Assembly: GCA_951406725.2 (NCBI GenBank)
Contig: OX597818.1
Location: forward strand, 74,710,001 to 74,774,000
Source of the DNA: Octopus vulgaris
Taxonomy: Eukaryota
DNA length: 64,000 bases
Reading direction: 5' to 3'
A model generated the notes under the pieces. That model saw only the letters and a program-made list of their open reading frames with translations. It did not search any database and had not been told where the DNA came from. Below, in pieces: positions 1 through 13,869 of the stretch. Both the position numbers and the translations under genes were made by a program. Numbering within the stretch: position 1 is the stretch's first letter; each line of letters starts with the position of its first letter.

Positions 1-454
1 ACCCGTAGTTACTATTTTTTTAAATATTGGTTTCAACTTTTGGCATGAGGGCAGCAATTTCGAGCGAGAGCTAAGTTGATGAGATCGGACACAGAGTTGG
101 ACAGGTTCATGCAACTTCAATCATACCTTGCTATTTTATTTGCATGATCTCCTCACTTCACTTTTGTCATGATCAATAAAATGCATGCCGCGCAATAATC
201 ACCACCGGTAATCTTTCCTTTCTCGAAAACATATCAGCGCTACCCATTCCCCTAAACGCGGCTAGAGAAAAAAATGCTTTAAATTGGTGAAACAATTGGA
301 TAGAAATTGGTACAATTAAGAATGGTCGCTCGTAGAGACTATTCCTAAACGAATAAAGAAGGTATTAACAGGGCTCCATGTAAAAACTCAAATCAACATT
401 TACCCCATGATTAAGCAGATGACGTATATCATATATCAGCAGGGTGTATATATC

Positions 455-560
455 CATCATCTACTAGACCTCATATTGACGTGGGATAGAGCCTTCTGGC
501 ACATCCTCCATAGGATTCTATCACAAGCTATCGTCATTACACTTTCCAACTGAATTCTCT
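455..560 (-). mobile_element. Possible 3' end fragment of an RTE-like LINE
   Basis: The minus strand reads ...MTIACDRILWRMCQKAL..., resembling the A.DR..WR C-terminus of RTE elements, and ends in GATGATG. Short and degenerate. Confidence 0.35.
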
Positions 561-1047
561 GGTGTGACCAAGTAAGATCATAGTTAATACCCAACATCTC
601 GTACTTAGTCTAACCATAGATATCCTATATATATAATAAACTGATGCAGAGTATGATCAAGGCCTACTAAAGAAAAATAACACTACCCTCTCATACGCAT
701 CTCCATGCAAGCTGCAATGGTTTTTGTGAGCATGTGGTTTGTACAATTTATCACGGATAGGAAGGAGACAGGATATTTGATCGCAGTATCATAGTTTGTT
801 TATAGAAATGACACAGATTTAACATTTGTTACTAGGGTGTTCTAAATTCATGGAGATATTGCTTATAATTTAAAGCCTTGTTATTAAACTTTTGAAAATA
901 GTGACCCTACCCTGATAGGTGAAGTTTTGCGGGGCGATGAATAACCGAGATGGGGGATGAAATGATGGTTGCAATTCGATAAGTTTATTCGTTTTTTCAT
1001 TAAAGACTGAGCGGGGTATATGTATACTATATACTATATATTATATG

Positions 1048-1846
1048 TTAGGTCATTAAGAATGAAATGTCCGATTTTGCACTCAAATTGTATTTTACAT
1101 TATCCACCAAAAGTAGCAATGCAGTTAATCAAAGTATGCACCTAAATTAACAGCATAATTTTGCCGTTTTATCAGTATCTTACTTATGCTGGCAGCGAAG
1201 AATTTTGAAGAGAAAGAGGGGACGAAATCACGGAAAGCTGTTTTTGATTCTTCAGATTTTGAAGTTTTTTCTTTGCAAAATGTTGTCTAATGCTTGGAAA
1301 ATGTGATAATCAGTTGGTGCAAGGTCTGGTGAAAATGGTGGATGGCGGAGTACTTCCAAGTTCAGTTCCTGTGACTTGAGTAGCATTCTATGTGCAACAT
1401 GTAGTTGAGCATGGTCTTGCAAGAGAATTGGCCTGTCTCTATTGACCAATTTCGGTTCTTTAATTGCAAGTTCACTCATCATTTCATCCATTTGCTTGAT
1501 GTACATATCCGCTGTAATTGGCTTACCAGGTCTCATGAAGTTGTAGTAGATGACACCAGCGCCGGACTATAAAACAGATACCATTAGATTTTTTTGGTGC
1601 ATATTCTTTTTTGGATTGTGTGTTGGCACTTCCGCTCTATTCAATTTACTATTCTTGAAAAGAATCCATTTTTCCTCGCACGTAATATTACAATGCAAAA
1701 ATGGTTCGTTCGATTTGTTTCAGATGGTCCAATACAGTTGCAATCGAAACATCAATCGTTGCTGCTAATTCATGCGTATTTTGAGATGCATCCGCTTTCA
1801 CTAGTTTCCAGCTCATCAGTATCCTCCTTTGTCTCAAGTTCACCAG
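1048..1846 (-). mobile_element. Decayed mariner (DD34D-type) transposon with internal deletions
   Basis: ORF 1252-1536 has LQDHAQLHV...HPPFSPDLAPTDYHIF, the mariner HDNA.PH and YSPDLAPSD motifs. Upstream frames give FLHCNITCEEKWIL and HQKNLMVSV. A TTAGGT-starting TIR-like end lies at 1048, next to TA-rich sequence. Confidence 0.9.
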
Positions 1847-1967
1847 TCAATGGAACTAAATTTAGCGGAAACTAATGGGTCTGCTAATGGTTCTAAAGTT
1901 AGCGAAAATGCTAATTGGCTAAACGGAAAGTTAGCTTCCATGACTTAGGGGAACCGTGCTCACCATG

Positions 1968-2016
<49 letters not shown>

Positions 2017-2057
2017 AATAATAATTCTCTAAACGAGATATAGACAGTAACTGCTCC

Positions 2058-2275
2058 ATAACATAAGGGACGTTAGCCATCTGACTGTGGCTAGGGACAG
2101 GGCAGGGTGGTGGGGGTGTTACTGATGCATTTAGCCCCAGGCGATCATCAACGTCACCAGACGCCGTGATGGCGTCAGCCCTCCTGGTGACGTTGATGAT
2201 CGCCTGGGGCTAAATGCATCAGTAACACCCCACCGACCTGCCCTGTCCCTAGCCACATTCAGATTACGTCCTATG

Positions 2276-2279
<4 letters not shown>
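2058..2279. repeat. Fold-back inverted repeat (~100-bp arms, 23-nt spacer) between (TA)n tracts
   Basis: 2113-2160 is the exact reverse complement of 2184-2231, and the arms extend with mismatches to 2058 and 2279. Confidence 0.95.
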
Positions 2280-2324
<45 letters not shown>

Positions 2325-2878
2325 GGTATGTATGTACATACATATATATTTATTTATTTATCTATTGACATATATATATATATACACACATATATATACA
2401 TATATGTATGCATGTATGTATGTATGAACGTATGTACTTATGCACATATGAATGTGTGTATGTATAGAGGAGAAAATTTTGGGGCACAGTGTACATTATG
2501 ACATAGCGAACCTTTACAGAAAACACCAACAAAGTACTTCGCAGAACGTCGTTCTTTCATATTGTCAGGCAACACTATTCAGAATCCACATACAAACCAT
2601 TCTCGCCCAGTGCTGTTTCCGTTCAACAATTTTCATTTTTGATTAAATCTATTCGAAATAACTTAGAGCGCTTCAAATAAGTCTTGCCTTGGAAAGATAA
2701 GAACGACGTTACTTCACAAGGCTTCCACTAAAATACTCCATCAAACGGAGTCAATCTTATCTCTATCACTAAATTTGCATTTAAGTAGATTGAAGTCTAC
2801 AAAATGATGTATTACATACATGCACACATACACCATTATATTTGTATGCGTAAGTGAGATACGTATGTATGTTTTTGA

Positions 2879-2913
<35 letters not shown>

Positions 2914-3089
2914 GTATGTATATACACAGTCAAATAGTCATACATTGGATATATGTTCATATAAATACTTATATGAACATAAATTCGTACACACATATAT
3001 ACATACGTATGTATGTGTATTCGAGTGTGTGGAGTGGGTCTATGTATGTGTGTATTTGTGTGTATATATGCATATGTATCTATGTATAT

Positions 3090-3345
<256 letters not shown>

Positions 3346-3639
3346 AGAGCCTGAATATAAGACTATGCTATAATTATCAATAAACGATCGTCTTACATTT
3401 ATCAGTTTCATAAATTTGAATTGACTATCCGTCACGAATATGTCTAGACAAATCCTGAGAAAAATAGTTATTAAATAACTTAAGAATAGTTCATATACGT
3501 TGTTTAAGGATAATTACTACGGTTATTTGAATTAAGAAACTGCTGCTGTAGTCAGAATTTTTCAATGATTATAAATTAATACTCAACAGGGCAACGACGC
3601 TATAGAAATATCTTCCATTATATATAAATTACAGTCATA

Positions 3640-3945
3640 TGTAAGCACTCAGCAACTCCACAGACACGTGTACCCTTACCGTAGTTCTCGGGGATATTCA
3701 GCGTGACACAGAGAGTGACAAGGCCGGCCCTTTGAAATACAGGTACAACAGAAACAGGAAGTAAGAGTGAGAGAAAGTTGTGGTGAAAGAGTACAGCAGG
3801 GATCACCACCATCCCCTGCCGGAGCCTCGTGGAGCTTTAGGTGTTTTCGCTCAATAAACACTCACAACGCCCGGTCTGGGAATCGAAACCGCGATCCTAC
3901 GACCGTGAGTCCGCTGCCCTAACCACTGGGCCATTGCGCCTCCAC
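3640..3945 (-). mobile_element. tRNA-derived SINE (family A)
   Basis: The head GGCGCAATGGCCCAGTGGTTAGGGC...GGTTTCGATTCCC has A and B boxes. The 3' body (TGTATTTCAAAGGG...CCCCGAGAACTAC...GTCTGTGGA) is shared with the SINE at 35833. Confidence 0.9.
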
Positions 3946-4389
3946 AGATCAACCTCTACAGTAAATGATGAGGTAGAATCCATAGAGCCAGCTGGTGCCA
4001 TCCTTGACACCGTTACGGCAACTCCAGGGCAGATAGAATTCTTCAGCTCTCCAAGGCAATTCTCTTAGGGGAAGTTTATTCCAGTGTAAAGCCTTGCACT
4101 TGCTGATTACCGCAGCCGTCTTAGCCTGCCGGGACAATGTGGTTAGACTTCCAAGTCTACAGAGTGGAATCGGATTGCGTTGACTCTCTTTGATACTACT
4201 AAATGCCGGTAGGAATAAAACGCACGCATCTTCAAGGACTGTATACATAGATACTTGAGGCCGTGGCATTTTGTCTCATGATATTCGGGTACCACAATGC
4301 TGCTGATGCTGGTGGTGGTGGTGACGTTGGGGGTATTGGTAATTGGATAGTGAAAAGTGTATTTTCTCTTTTAATTGAACTTATTTTAT

Positions 4390-4782
4390 ACCAGCTATCC
4401 CTTAATGCATGCGCATAAGTGAATCTCCGTGAAATATTCTTATTTACGTGTCAGATATATGCAAGTTAAATAAAAGTTGTATCATATGTACGGAATGTTT
4501 TTTTGCTTATAGTGAAAATGGAAAACTAAGACTGAATATTTATTTTAGGAGTGCTATTGAGTCTATAAAATTGTGCATAAGATATATAAAACGTATATAT
4601 AAAGTGCATTAAATAAGCATAGTATTCAAATTTATTTCACTTTTCAATGAGGAGCAGATGAGCGAGTATGTTTCCATACAGAAGCAACACAGGCTACGCT
4701 TTCAGGTTTTTTGGATAACGATCTTAGAAATAACCCAATAGGTGTACCATTAATTCCGTGAAATATTCACGGTTCCCGCTAG
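4390..4782 (+). mobile_element. Non-autonomous Helitron-like element (3' end supported, 5' end uncertain)
   Basis: Hairpin CCGTGAA-ATA-TTCACGG (4756-4772), followed 6 nt later by CTAG|T, the canonical Helitron 3' signature. Confidence 0.55.
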
Positions 4783-7494
4783 TATTGTATTAACTTGTGA
4801 CTGTCAGTACATTTTCAGCTGGCCGATACTGGCAATCTACATGCCCTAATTTGATGGCTAATGTACTATTCATGTGTGATATCTGCAATGATTGTCACTT
4901 TGGAATAGAACTAAACATATTTGATATGTTTCAATACATGTGAGTTTGAACACCTATCCTTTCATAAATGTATGATTATACGCATGCGTATATATACACA
5001 TGCATACTGGCTCGCATGATTGTTTGCACGGATGTGTTCTCAAGCATGAGTGTTTGCTCGCTTGTATTTTTGTACATACCTTTGTATACAAGCATATTCA
5101 TATACTTGTGTTTGTGTACTTATTTGTTTGTACACGTTTATGATTACACCCTGTAACATTTGTATACATGTATACATGTATACATGTATACATGTATACT
5201 GGTATACATGCATTTTTGTTGTGCATTATCTATTTTCTCCTAAAAACTTCGGTTACTGACATTTCAGCATTCTCCCTAACAGCCATGGATTCTAGGAAAC
5301 CTATACATGTGCTTTCAAGCTTCACTGGACTAACAGTTATATTACCTCTTATCAGAAGATACCTAAACCTGACATTTGCACAAGTTGAATATCGCATTAT
5401 TTATCTGCAGGTATCAATATTATGTTACTTTATCCTGTCGATTATCATCTTTCTGTTGTGCGTGATATATTCTTTATTTAACGTTTTGGCATTACTCAAA
5501 CAAATCCGCATGTATATGCTACCTTACAGCAAATGATAATAAAGGAATTCTACTTTATTCATTCCATCCAATTGAATTCTATTCTATCGAAAATGTTATA
5601 GAATCTACAGGGGGTAGATTTCGCTGAAATATCTTCGATAAGAAGTGTTTCTATTACAGGAAGGGAAAAACAGAGAGAGAGAGAAAGATCAGTAAATTTG
5701 ATTTAAAATGATTAATAGGATGCCGCCCTCACTTATATTTCAGATATTTTATTTTCAGGTTTGTTGTTGTTGTTGCTGCTGGTTTTTATTTATTCTGTAT
5801 GATAATATTTATTGTAAATTAGCAATTTATACTTGTGGGCCTCAATACGCTATCGTTTGTAGCTTGGAAATGAGTTACACTATGGGGAAATACTAAATAT
5901 AACTTTTGAGATGAACAACAACTATGAAACTATTCAACAAGTAAAAACGCTATTTGCCCATTTCTGAACATAGATTTTCGACATATTTATGTTTTCAAGG
6001 CTAGATGAAAAAGAAAGCAAAGAGGTATGGAACGTGACAAATGTATTAAAATTAAAGTTAATATGTTGTTGTTTGATGTCAGCTTGATTTATTTTATCAT
6101 CCCGAGTTCTTGGCCAAATACATCAGTTTCACAATATAAAACGATATTATTACTACCGAATATAAATGTCTTTCACAAAATTTTGACATGAGTAATATTA
6201 CATTCATTTTTCTTTTTCCTCTTATACAATTTTTGTTCTTTTCGTTATTTATTGCTGTGTCACGGCTACTACTTTTACTCGACTACTTTACTTAGCTACT
6301 ATAAAACATACCATGGAATAAAGAAGAGGTTGATGGTTCCACTTCAGATTATACACAAGTTATATTTTCTATCACGTTAGTAAATTTTCTACGACTGAGA
6401 TTCATTGTACCGAACGTTTCTATTCATTCTTAAGTTTGTAATAGATATTCTTAACTCCTTAACTCCTGAGAGAGATACGGACAAAAGGGGATGCTCTGTG
6501 TAATGATGTTCCATCGGATGAAGCAGAGATAAATGTGTCACTCATTCATCAGAAAAAAATAAAGAGTGACATAATTAAGGCGACCAAGTCTAACATTGTT
6601 ATAGGAAGAGGAGTGGAGTAAGACAAATAATAATGGTAGGAGAGAGGGAGTGAAAGAGTGAGAGAGGATGTATGAAGAATATTAAACTGTAAGCTGGCAG
6701 AGTTGTTAGAGCATCTGACAGAATGTTGAGTTGTATTTGTTCGATTCTGAAACAGTTAAAATCCTACAAAGTGAACTGTGTATCACCTCTTCGACGCTGA
6801 TTAAGTGTCAGTCAGATTAAGTGTCAGATGGACTGGTGGAACTGCTGGCTGAATGACTTTCTGTATTTCTCCCAATTGTTTGAGTTATAATTTCAAATTT
6901 AGCCATTGTGTATGTGAGTGTAGTAATAATACGTTTTCTGGTGTAGCACCAAAACCTAGTACATTGGGTGATTTGGAAAAGTAGGTCACACTCTTGAAAT
7001 CTATTCAAAACAGGTCATAATTTTAAAGATACTTTTTCCCCTTCCCCGCAGTCTTGGAGTCACGTTCATTTATTTGTCTCCTGATTAAAGATAAAGGGAA
7101 AATTACTTGGGTTTTTTCGACTCCATGTTTACCACTAACAGGGCTTTGGGTGCATATAGCTGAAGGAGTAAATTCTAATGCAAGCATTCGAACCAGGTCA
7201 CTTGTCATCATGGCACACTGATTCATACCGCAAAAGAGTGTCCACTAAAATCTCAATCAACCAGTTCGAAACATTAGCCAATTGCCTCTTAAATCTGAAG
7301 CTATCGTCTAAAAGAATAAAGTGACATTTAATTATATAGTCCTAGCTACGCAAAGGACGAGATGATCGCACGTGTGCTTGTCAAGGTTTAGCTGGGTCCA
7401 AACTACACAAAGCTATGGTTAGAGTTTTTCCGACTCTCTTTACACGAGCCGGGGAATCCCTACAAATATATCCTGCTTCTGCACATCCTTCTCT

Positions 7495-7895
7495 ATTCTT
7501 TTACTTGTGTCAGTCATGAGTCTGTGGTCATGCTGGGCCACGCCTTGGAATATTTTCGTCAACTGAATCAACCCCAGTATATTTTTAAAGCCTAGCACTT
7601 ATTCTGTCAATCTCTGTCTGTCGACCCAGTAAGTTACAAGGATGTAAACACACCAACACCGGTTGTAAAGTGGTGCATGGGGGACAAACACATACACAAA
7701 GACATACACTCACGCACACATACATATGTGTGTGTGCGTGCGCGCGCGCGTGTGTTTGTGTGTGTGTATACGACGGACATTTTTCAGTTTCTTTCTACAA
7801 GTAGAATGAGTCTTGCCCAAGGTGCCACGCAGTTGGACTGAACCTGGAACCATGTGACTGGGAAGCAAGTTTCTTATTACACATCCATTCACAGC
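7495..7895 (-). mobile_element. tRNA-derived bipartite SINE (family B), degenerate
   Basis: Matches the copy at 21854-22258 (CATGGTTCCAGGTTCAGTCC..CTGCGTGGCACCTTGGGCAAG; CAGCATGACCACAG) and has an internal (TG)n. Confidence 0.8.
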
Positions 7896-8694
7896 TATTC
7901 ACTAATTAACATAAATATTCTCTGAATTTAGGATTCTACGGAATGAGGTATCTTTCTGTATCATACAACAAATTATATATGTTGCATAGCTTTTGAGAAG
8001 TTCGGAAAAATATTCTTCTTTGGAAAAAAAGCGCCCTAGCAAAAACAAATATATGAAAATATGTCGCAAAGAAGTGAGAATGATAAAAATAAACAATATG
8101 GAAATACAAGTAATGAGTTTTACGTATACAAATGTCTAGTTGTATTTTAATGGTGCTTTTTTATTATTTTAATTATTTCATATATTTTACGAATTGCATA
8201 GGAAGTTATTGTTTTCAGTATATGTATCAATTAAGGTTACTGGTTTTATATTTAATATTTCTCACAAGAAATAGAGCGAGTGGCACAAGTAATAATAGTG
8301 CAAACTACTTTGTCTTACGCACTCTATTTGAAATCATGTGTATGATATTAATAGTCTTTCTTACTAATTCTTTTTTCATAGATGAACTATGTTCACAAAC
8401 CATAAGGTGAATCGGTCACATCCAACTAAAAATAACAACTGTTTAATTACCTTTGAGTTCTGAAGTAAAGTTTGCCTGTAGACAACCATATTTAGCTATC
8501 ATTTCGTTCGAGGGTAAAAGAAAATACACTCGTATGTTTTTTGCATATAGTTTAAAAGAGTTTTGATATTACTTAGTGTTGAAACGAACGTGTTGTATAT
8601 TAGGAGGGACATAATGCCAAAAACAAATCACGCACTGGTTCATTTATTATTATTAATCTTATCATTATTATTTTATTATTATTATTATTATAAG

Positions 8695-8716
8695 TTGTAG
8701 TAGCAACAGCAGCGAC

Positions 8717-8772
<56 letters not shown>

Positions 8773-8782
8773 CAGCAGCAGC

Positions 8783-8825
<43 letters not shown>
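8695..8825. repeat. (GTA)n/(GCA)n trinucleotide microsatellite
   Basis: Direct observation. Similar arrays occur at 14199-14418 and 55825-55920. Confidence 0.97.
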
Positions 8826-9489
8826 CAGAGCCGGAAAGTACATAACAGCAATTTCTTCCTACTACATCATTAGTTTAAACATCATTGGGCTGCTTTTCAT
8901 CATTTATATATATATATAAAGATGTCAGTTGGATAAAGTTAAAGATGGTCTGGATTTCACGTTTTTTATTTATGTTGTTTTAACATTAAAAATATATAAT
9001 TTGTAATGCTCATAAAGTTAAATTAACGCTTTCATTCATGCTGTTATTTCCGTTCAGAACAGGTTTGAACATTTTAATAAGCCGTTTTTCATTTATCTTT
9101 CTTCCAAACTCACTTGCGTCATGTAGCTTTTAGAAAGGAAATATTAGAAATATTGAGCGAACATATAGAGACATATAATCAGAAAATATTCCAGGTTATG
9201 TCCTTTTTGATGATTGAGACCATCGATAACTAACTGTTATTTACGGTCTAAGGAAGACAATCAATTTCTGACTGTTACTTCGCAAAGTACAGACCTTCTG
9301 ACACTAGAAGAGCTATTGCTCCATGTTACTCCATAATTCAAAAATCTAAATAGTGTAGAGCCATCTGTGGAACATTAGCAATGTATTTGCCATGTGTGAA
9401 CGAAATTGAAAGAAAAATATTACGTGGGGTCAAGTAATGGTCGGTCACGTATATCCACACACACACATCTTTTATTTTGATATATTATA

Positions 9490-9559
<70 letters not shown>

Positions 9560-9634
9560 GTATGTGTAGAGCCACAGATACATGCATACATAAGTATGTA
9601 TGTAAGTATGTATCTATAAGCACAAACAAACGTA

Positions 9635-9686
<52 letters not shown>

Positions 9687-9705
9687 GTATCTCTCTCTCT
9701 CTCTC

Positions 9706-9756
<51 letters not shown>

Positions 9757-11181
9757 CACTGAACCGCAAAAGAAACGCGATTTTTTCAAGCGTCATTATT
9801 ATATGGTAAATTCTGAACATCTATGTCGGGGATGTAAGTGTAAATACTGCAAGTCATGCTCGTTTATATTTGAGACCCTAACTGCAGGTAACCTTTCAAC
9901 TTTCCCTGAAACGAGACACTAAAATGCAACTGCGTTGAATGCTGTAGGCGGCAGTCGTAAACAATTGTCATGAAAACCGAAATGCACGTGCATCTCGTGG
10001 AGTTTATGGCTATAAAGATGAACTTGAATCGCATTCCTGACATTCGTAATTTGGACGCATCAGGTATGACCCGATTGTTAGCAGCGTAGAGAGAAAAAGA
10101 TATCGGCCGGTAGCAAGCAGGGCAGCGTGCCCTAGTTGTTGCGAAAGCTTACAATGCCCATGTCAGCACCATCTATCGGCCATAACAGCAATGCAACAAT
10201 ACCAACAGCACTGCAGACCGTGCCTGCAGAGGGTGCCGCCGGATGACCGCGCCCTGGCAAGACCGCTTCATCCACTTGCACCACCTCCGTGATCGCTTCA
10301 GACCGGCCAGCGTGACAGCTCGCGAGACTAGACAGCGACCCATCAGTGACGACACAGTACGATGTCGACTTGCCGCCAACAACCTACGTTGCCGTCGTCC
10401 TGCTCGAGGGTCTGTCCGCACTACCCGCCACTATCGGACAGGACTACAGTGGGTTACACAGCACAGACATTGGCCGCATCAACAATGAAGGTCGATGGCA
10501 GAGTGAAGGCGTGGTGTAGGAGGATCCAACGCTACAGAGACGCATGTGTCATGAAGAGAGATGCGTGGGGTGGCCAAAGCATCATGATCTTGGGTGCTAT
10601 AGGCCTGAATCAGAAAATTGAGACCCATGTGTTCCAAAATGTTGATGCAGGCAGCGGGAATGGCATCACAGCGCAGCGCGATGTTGACCAGAAACTAAGA
10701 CCTCACATCGTGCCCTTCCTCGCGCGTTAGCTACGTGTTCCAACAGGACAATTCTCCCTCCCACACAGCCAGGGTAACTGTGGACTTCCTGCGTCAGCAC
10801 AACATCAGAACCATGCCGTTACCGGCTCTCAGCCCGGATTCGAACCTAATTGAACACATGTGGAATGAAATCCAGGACGGCTGAGCAGGTGGCCCCATGC
10901 CCAACAACACGTGTTGAACTGAAGGTAGTTTTCTCCAGGGTTTAGACCGGTGTATGGCCGTTTTGAACAGGCAATGAGGGCATACACGGTATTGAACATG
11001 TCACGCCCTACAATCTCAATGTGCTGGATCTACCTACTACCAGAAAACATGGCAACGACACATAGATTGTGGTCAAAGTGCATCCAAGAAATTGCCATTA
11101 TCAGATTTATCAAAATTTATCTCTGACATAATATAATTAAAACAGTCTCCACATGTCTCGCTTTTCTTTTGCGGTTCAGTT
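9757..11181 (+). mobile_element. Tc1-family (DD34E-type) transposon with both TIRs and a pseudogenised transposase
   Basis: TIRs CACTGAACCGCAAAAGAAACGCGA / TCGCTTTTCTTTTGCGGTTCAGT are flanked by TA. Frames from ~10067 to 10995 give QDRFI..HLRDRFRPA, TVRCRL, FQQDNSPSHTA, SPDSNLIEHMW and GHTRY*, with stops, frameshifts and a deletion over the first catalytic D. Confidence 0.95.
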
Positions 11182-11949
11182 TATATACAAGTCATTGTAT
11201 GCTATTGTCCTTATACGTATCACTTATACAGATAATGTCGAATTCAATACATTTTCGTCGTATCCAGTTCCAAATTCATTCTCTTAGTTCATCGTGACAT
11301 GTTTATACACACATTTCATTTAGTTGACAATCCTTAGAATCATATAATATATTAATATTCATTTAATCTTTCATATTTCTGTAATATATTATGTCTATTT
11401 TACGTAAATATTTCTCAAACACTCCTTATTATTCCTAGTTATTCCTTTTATTATATCTTATATCTAATAACATTTCTCGGTTCAAATACTCATTATATCC
11501 CTTCCGCATTGCAATGCAATTTTTCCATTCATCACAAATTAAAGATAATTTAACATCATTTATTGTTACCCCTGCTGTGGTTTTATCAACAAATTATTTC
11601 ATTAATACCGATACTCTCGAAGTACATTCCATTGTGGTTTTCGTATGGTAGTCTAATTCTAATTGTGATAATGTTATGAGAGAACCCTGTATACACCCAC
11701 GTGATTGAAAGTGAACTAACGGGTTGCAATAAATAAAGAACTGTGTGAACTGATGGTCGACCGTATTGTTCACTGTGTTAGTGCGACGCGTGTTGGTTTA
11801 ATATTGCACCTGTGTTCGCGTAGTACGGAGTTCGTTCTGTGTGAACATGCTAATTCTGCGATAGGTTATTTTAGATAGCCACATCCAAATATTTATTTGG
11901 GTACTACTATTTTACACCTGACGTGTACACGAACGTAATAACAGAGAGT

Positions 11950-12620
11950 TAGCCTTTCCACTATACGCACAATGCCTGAAATTTCTTCAGGACAGGCTAA
12001 CCTATAATACCGACCCTAAAATCAACGGATACTTTTTCTATTGACTATAAAAGCATGAAGAGCAGAGTTAACGTACACCGGATTTGAACTAAAGAGGTAA
12101 ATTTCCGACAGCAATAATGCTAAGCATTTGTTCAGACGCACATGTTAGTTATAATGATAAAATAAACAACAATAATAATATTGGTTTCGAATTTTGGCAA
12201 TTTAAAAGTTGACAATTTTGGGGGAGACGGTAAGTTGGTTACATCGATCACAGACATCGAGTGGTACTTATTTAATTGACTAAAACTGATAAAGAGTAAA
12301 GACGACTTCGGCGAAATTTGAATTCAGAACATGAAGACAGACGAAATGCCACTAAGCATTTCTGCCGGCGTACTAACAATTCCGCGCGCTCACCGCCTAT
12401 AAACAACAACAAAAATATAGGTGTCAAGATTTTTGCACAAGGCCAACAATTTCTGGGGAGAGGGTAAGTCTGTTATATCGATCCAGCTCAACCGGAAGTT
12501 ATTTTATTGTCTCCAGAAGGATGAAAAGAATAGTAGAGCTATAAGAAAATAGAGGCAGACTAAAAGCTACTGAACATTTTGTCCCTTATGCTACCGATTC
12601 TGCCAGCTGGCTGCCTTAGT
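11950..12620 (-). mobile_element. Three adjacent degenerate copies of tRNA-derived SINE family C
   Basis: Repeated GGCACAAGGCC...AATTTT..GGGGAG, GATTTGAACT and CTAAGCATTT motifs. The best copy (12180-12398) matches 31880-32100. Confidence 0.75.
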
Positions 12621-12819
12621 CTGTTTCATGTAATGATAGAAATCGTTTCTACAATAGGAAACATGCGTAAAATTTTGTTGGGTGAGATTGCATCGAGCCT
12701 AGTTCTAAAGTGAGATATTTATTATCGATTTTAATAGGATGATGGGCATATTTGACCGCGATTTGAAATAAGAGCGTAAATGAGCGGAAGCAATCATGAT
12801 AAGCTGAGGCTTTTCATGA

Positions 12820-13100
12820 TCATAATCATCATCATCCTCCTCCCCCTCATGATCATCATGATGATCATCATCATCATCATCATCATCATCATAAGAAGAA
12901 GGAGGAGGAGGAGGTGGTGGTGGAGGAAGAGGAGAAGAAGGAGGAGGAGGAGAAGGAGAAGGTGGAGGAGGAAATGTAGAAGAAGAAGAAGAAGAAGAAG
13001 AAGAAGAAGAAGAAGAAGAAGAAAAAGACGAAGAAGAAGAAGAAGAAGAAGAGAAAGAAGAAGAAGAAGAAGAAGAAGAAGAAGAAGAAGAGGAAGAGGA
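12820..13100. repeat. (CAT)n-(GGA)n-(GAA)n compound microsatellite
   Basis: Direct observation. Confidence 0.97.
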
Positions 13101-13869
13101 AGAATCCACTGCTTTCAGTTTCACATAATATCATATACTGTTTACACTTTTTTATTTATACATTTTGTTATTTAGTGATTCTTTTGTTGTTTTACCCTAT
13201 ATTTGTTATTCTCAAAGCAGAAACCACTTGGTGTTTGAAACTTATCTCCTTAGCATCTGTGTGATGATAAAGATGATGACGATGATGATCATCATCATGA
13301 TAATAATGATGATCATCATCACGATGATAATGACGACGACGACTACGACGACAGACGATGATGGTGATAATAATGTGATCGAGATAATGGTGGTGGGGGT
13401 AGTAGTAGTGGGGGTGGTTATTCTGATGACAGCAATGACAATGACGACGATAATGATGATGATGATGAAGTAGAAAAACAACCAACAACCAAAATAAAAT
13501 AAACATCATGAAAACTAATTATGATAATAATAATACATAGACGATACCAAGAATGGCTAAGAAATAGCAATAAGGGATATTTTTACCCTCATGAAATCAT
13601 GTAAAAGTTGTCCTGTCAGAGATGGCTTCCACTGTAAAATGTTATCCAACTTTGACACGAATTTCTCTGACATTACAATCGTTGTTACGAATGAAATGAC
13701 AGTTAAGCATTAGAAAATAAACTCCAGCCTTTATTTTCTTCCAAGCTTAAATGGAAAAATACAAAATCAATTAGATTCTTGCCAAACAGATTCCATTTAA
13801 GAATTAGTTTCTTTTTTTCTCAGGTTATTAGGAAAATTAAGCCAAATTACCATTATTGTTTTTATTACT

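Noticed and set aside
2543-2712. Short degenerate inverted repeat (AACGTCGTTCTT / AAGAACGACGTT)
   Set aside because: Possibly an old MITE, but only ~12 bp are exact and no TSD is visible.
3950-4290. GC-richer stretch with a 106-aa ORF
   Set aside because: No recognisable motif in any frame; possibly decayed LINE sequence.
12705-13509. Ser/Pro/Asp/Arg-rich ORFs resembling low-complexity proteins
   Set aside because: Pure trinucleotide repeats open in several frames on both strands.
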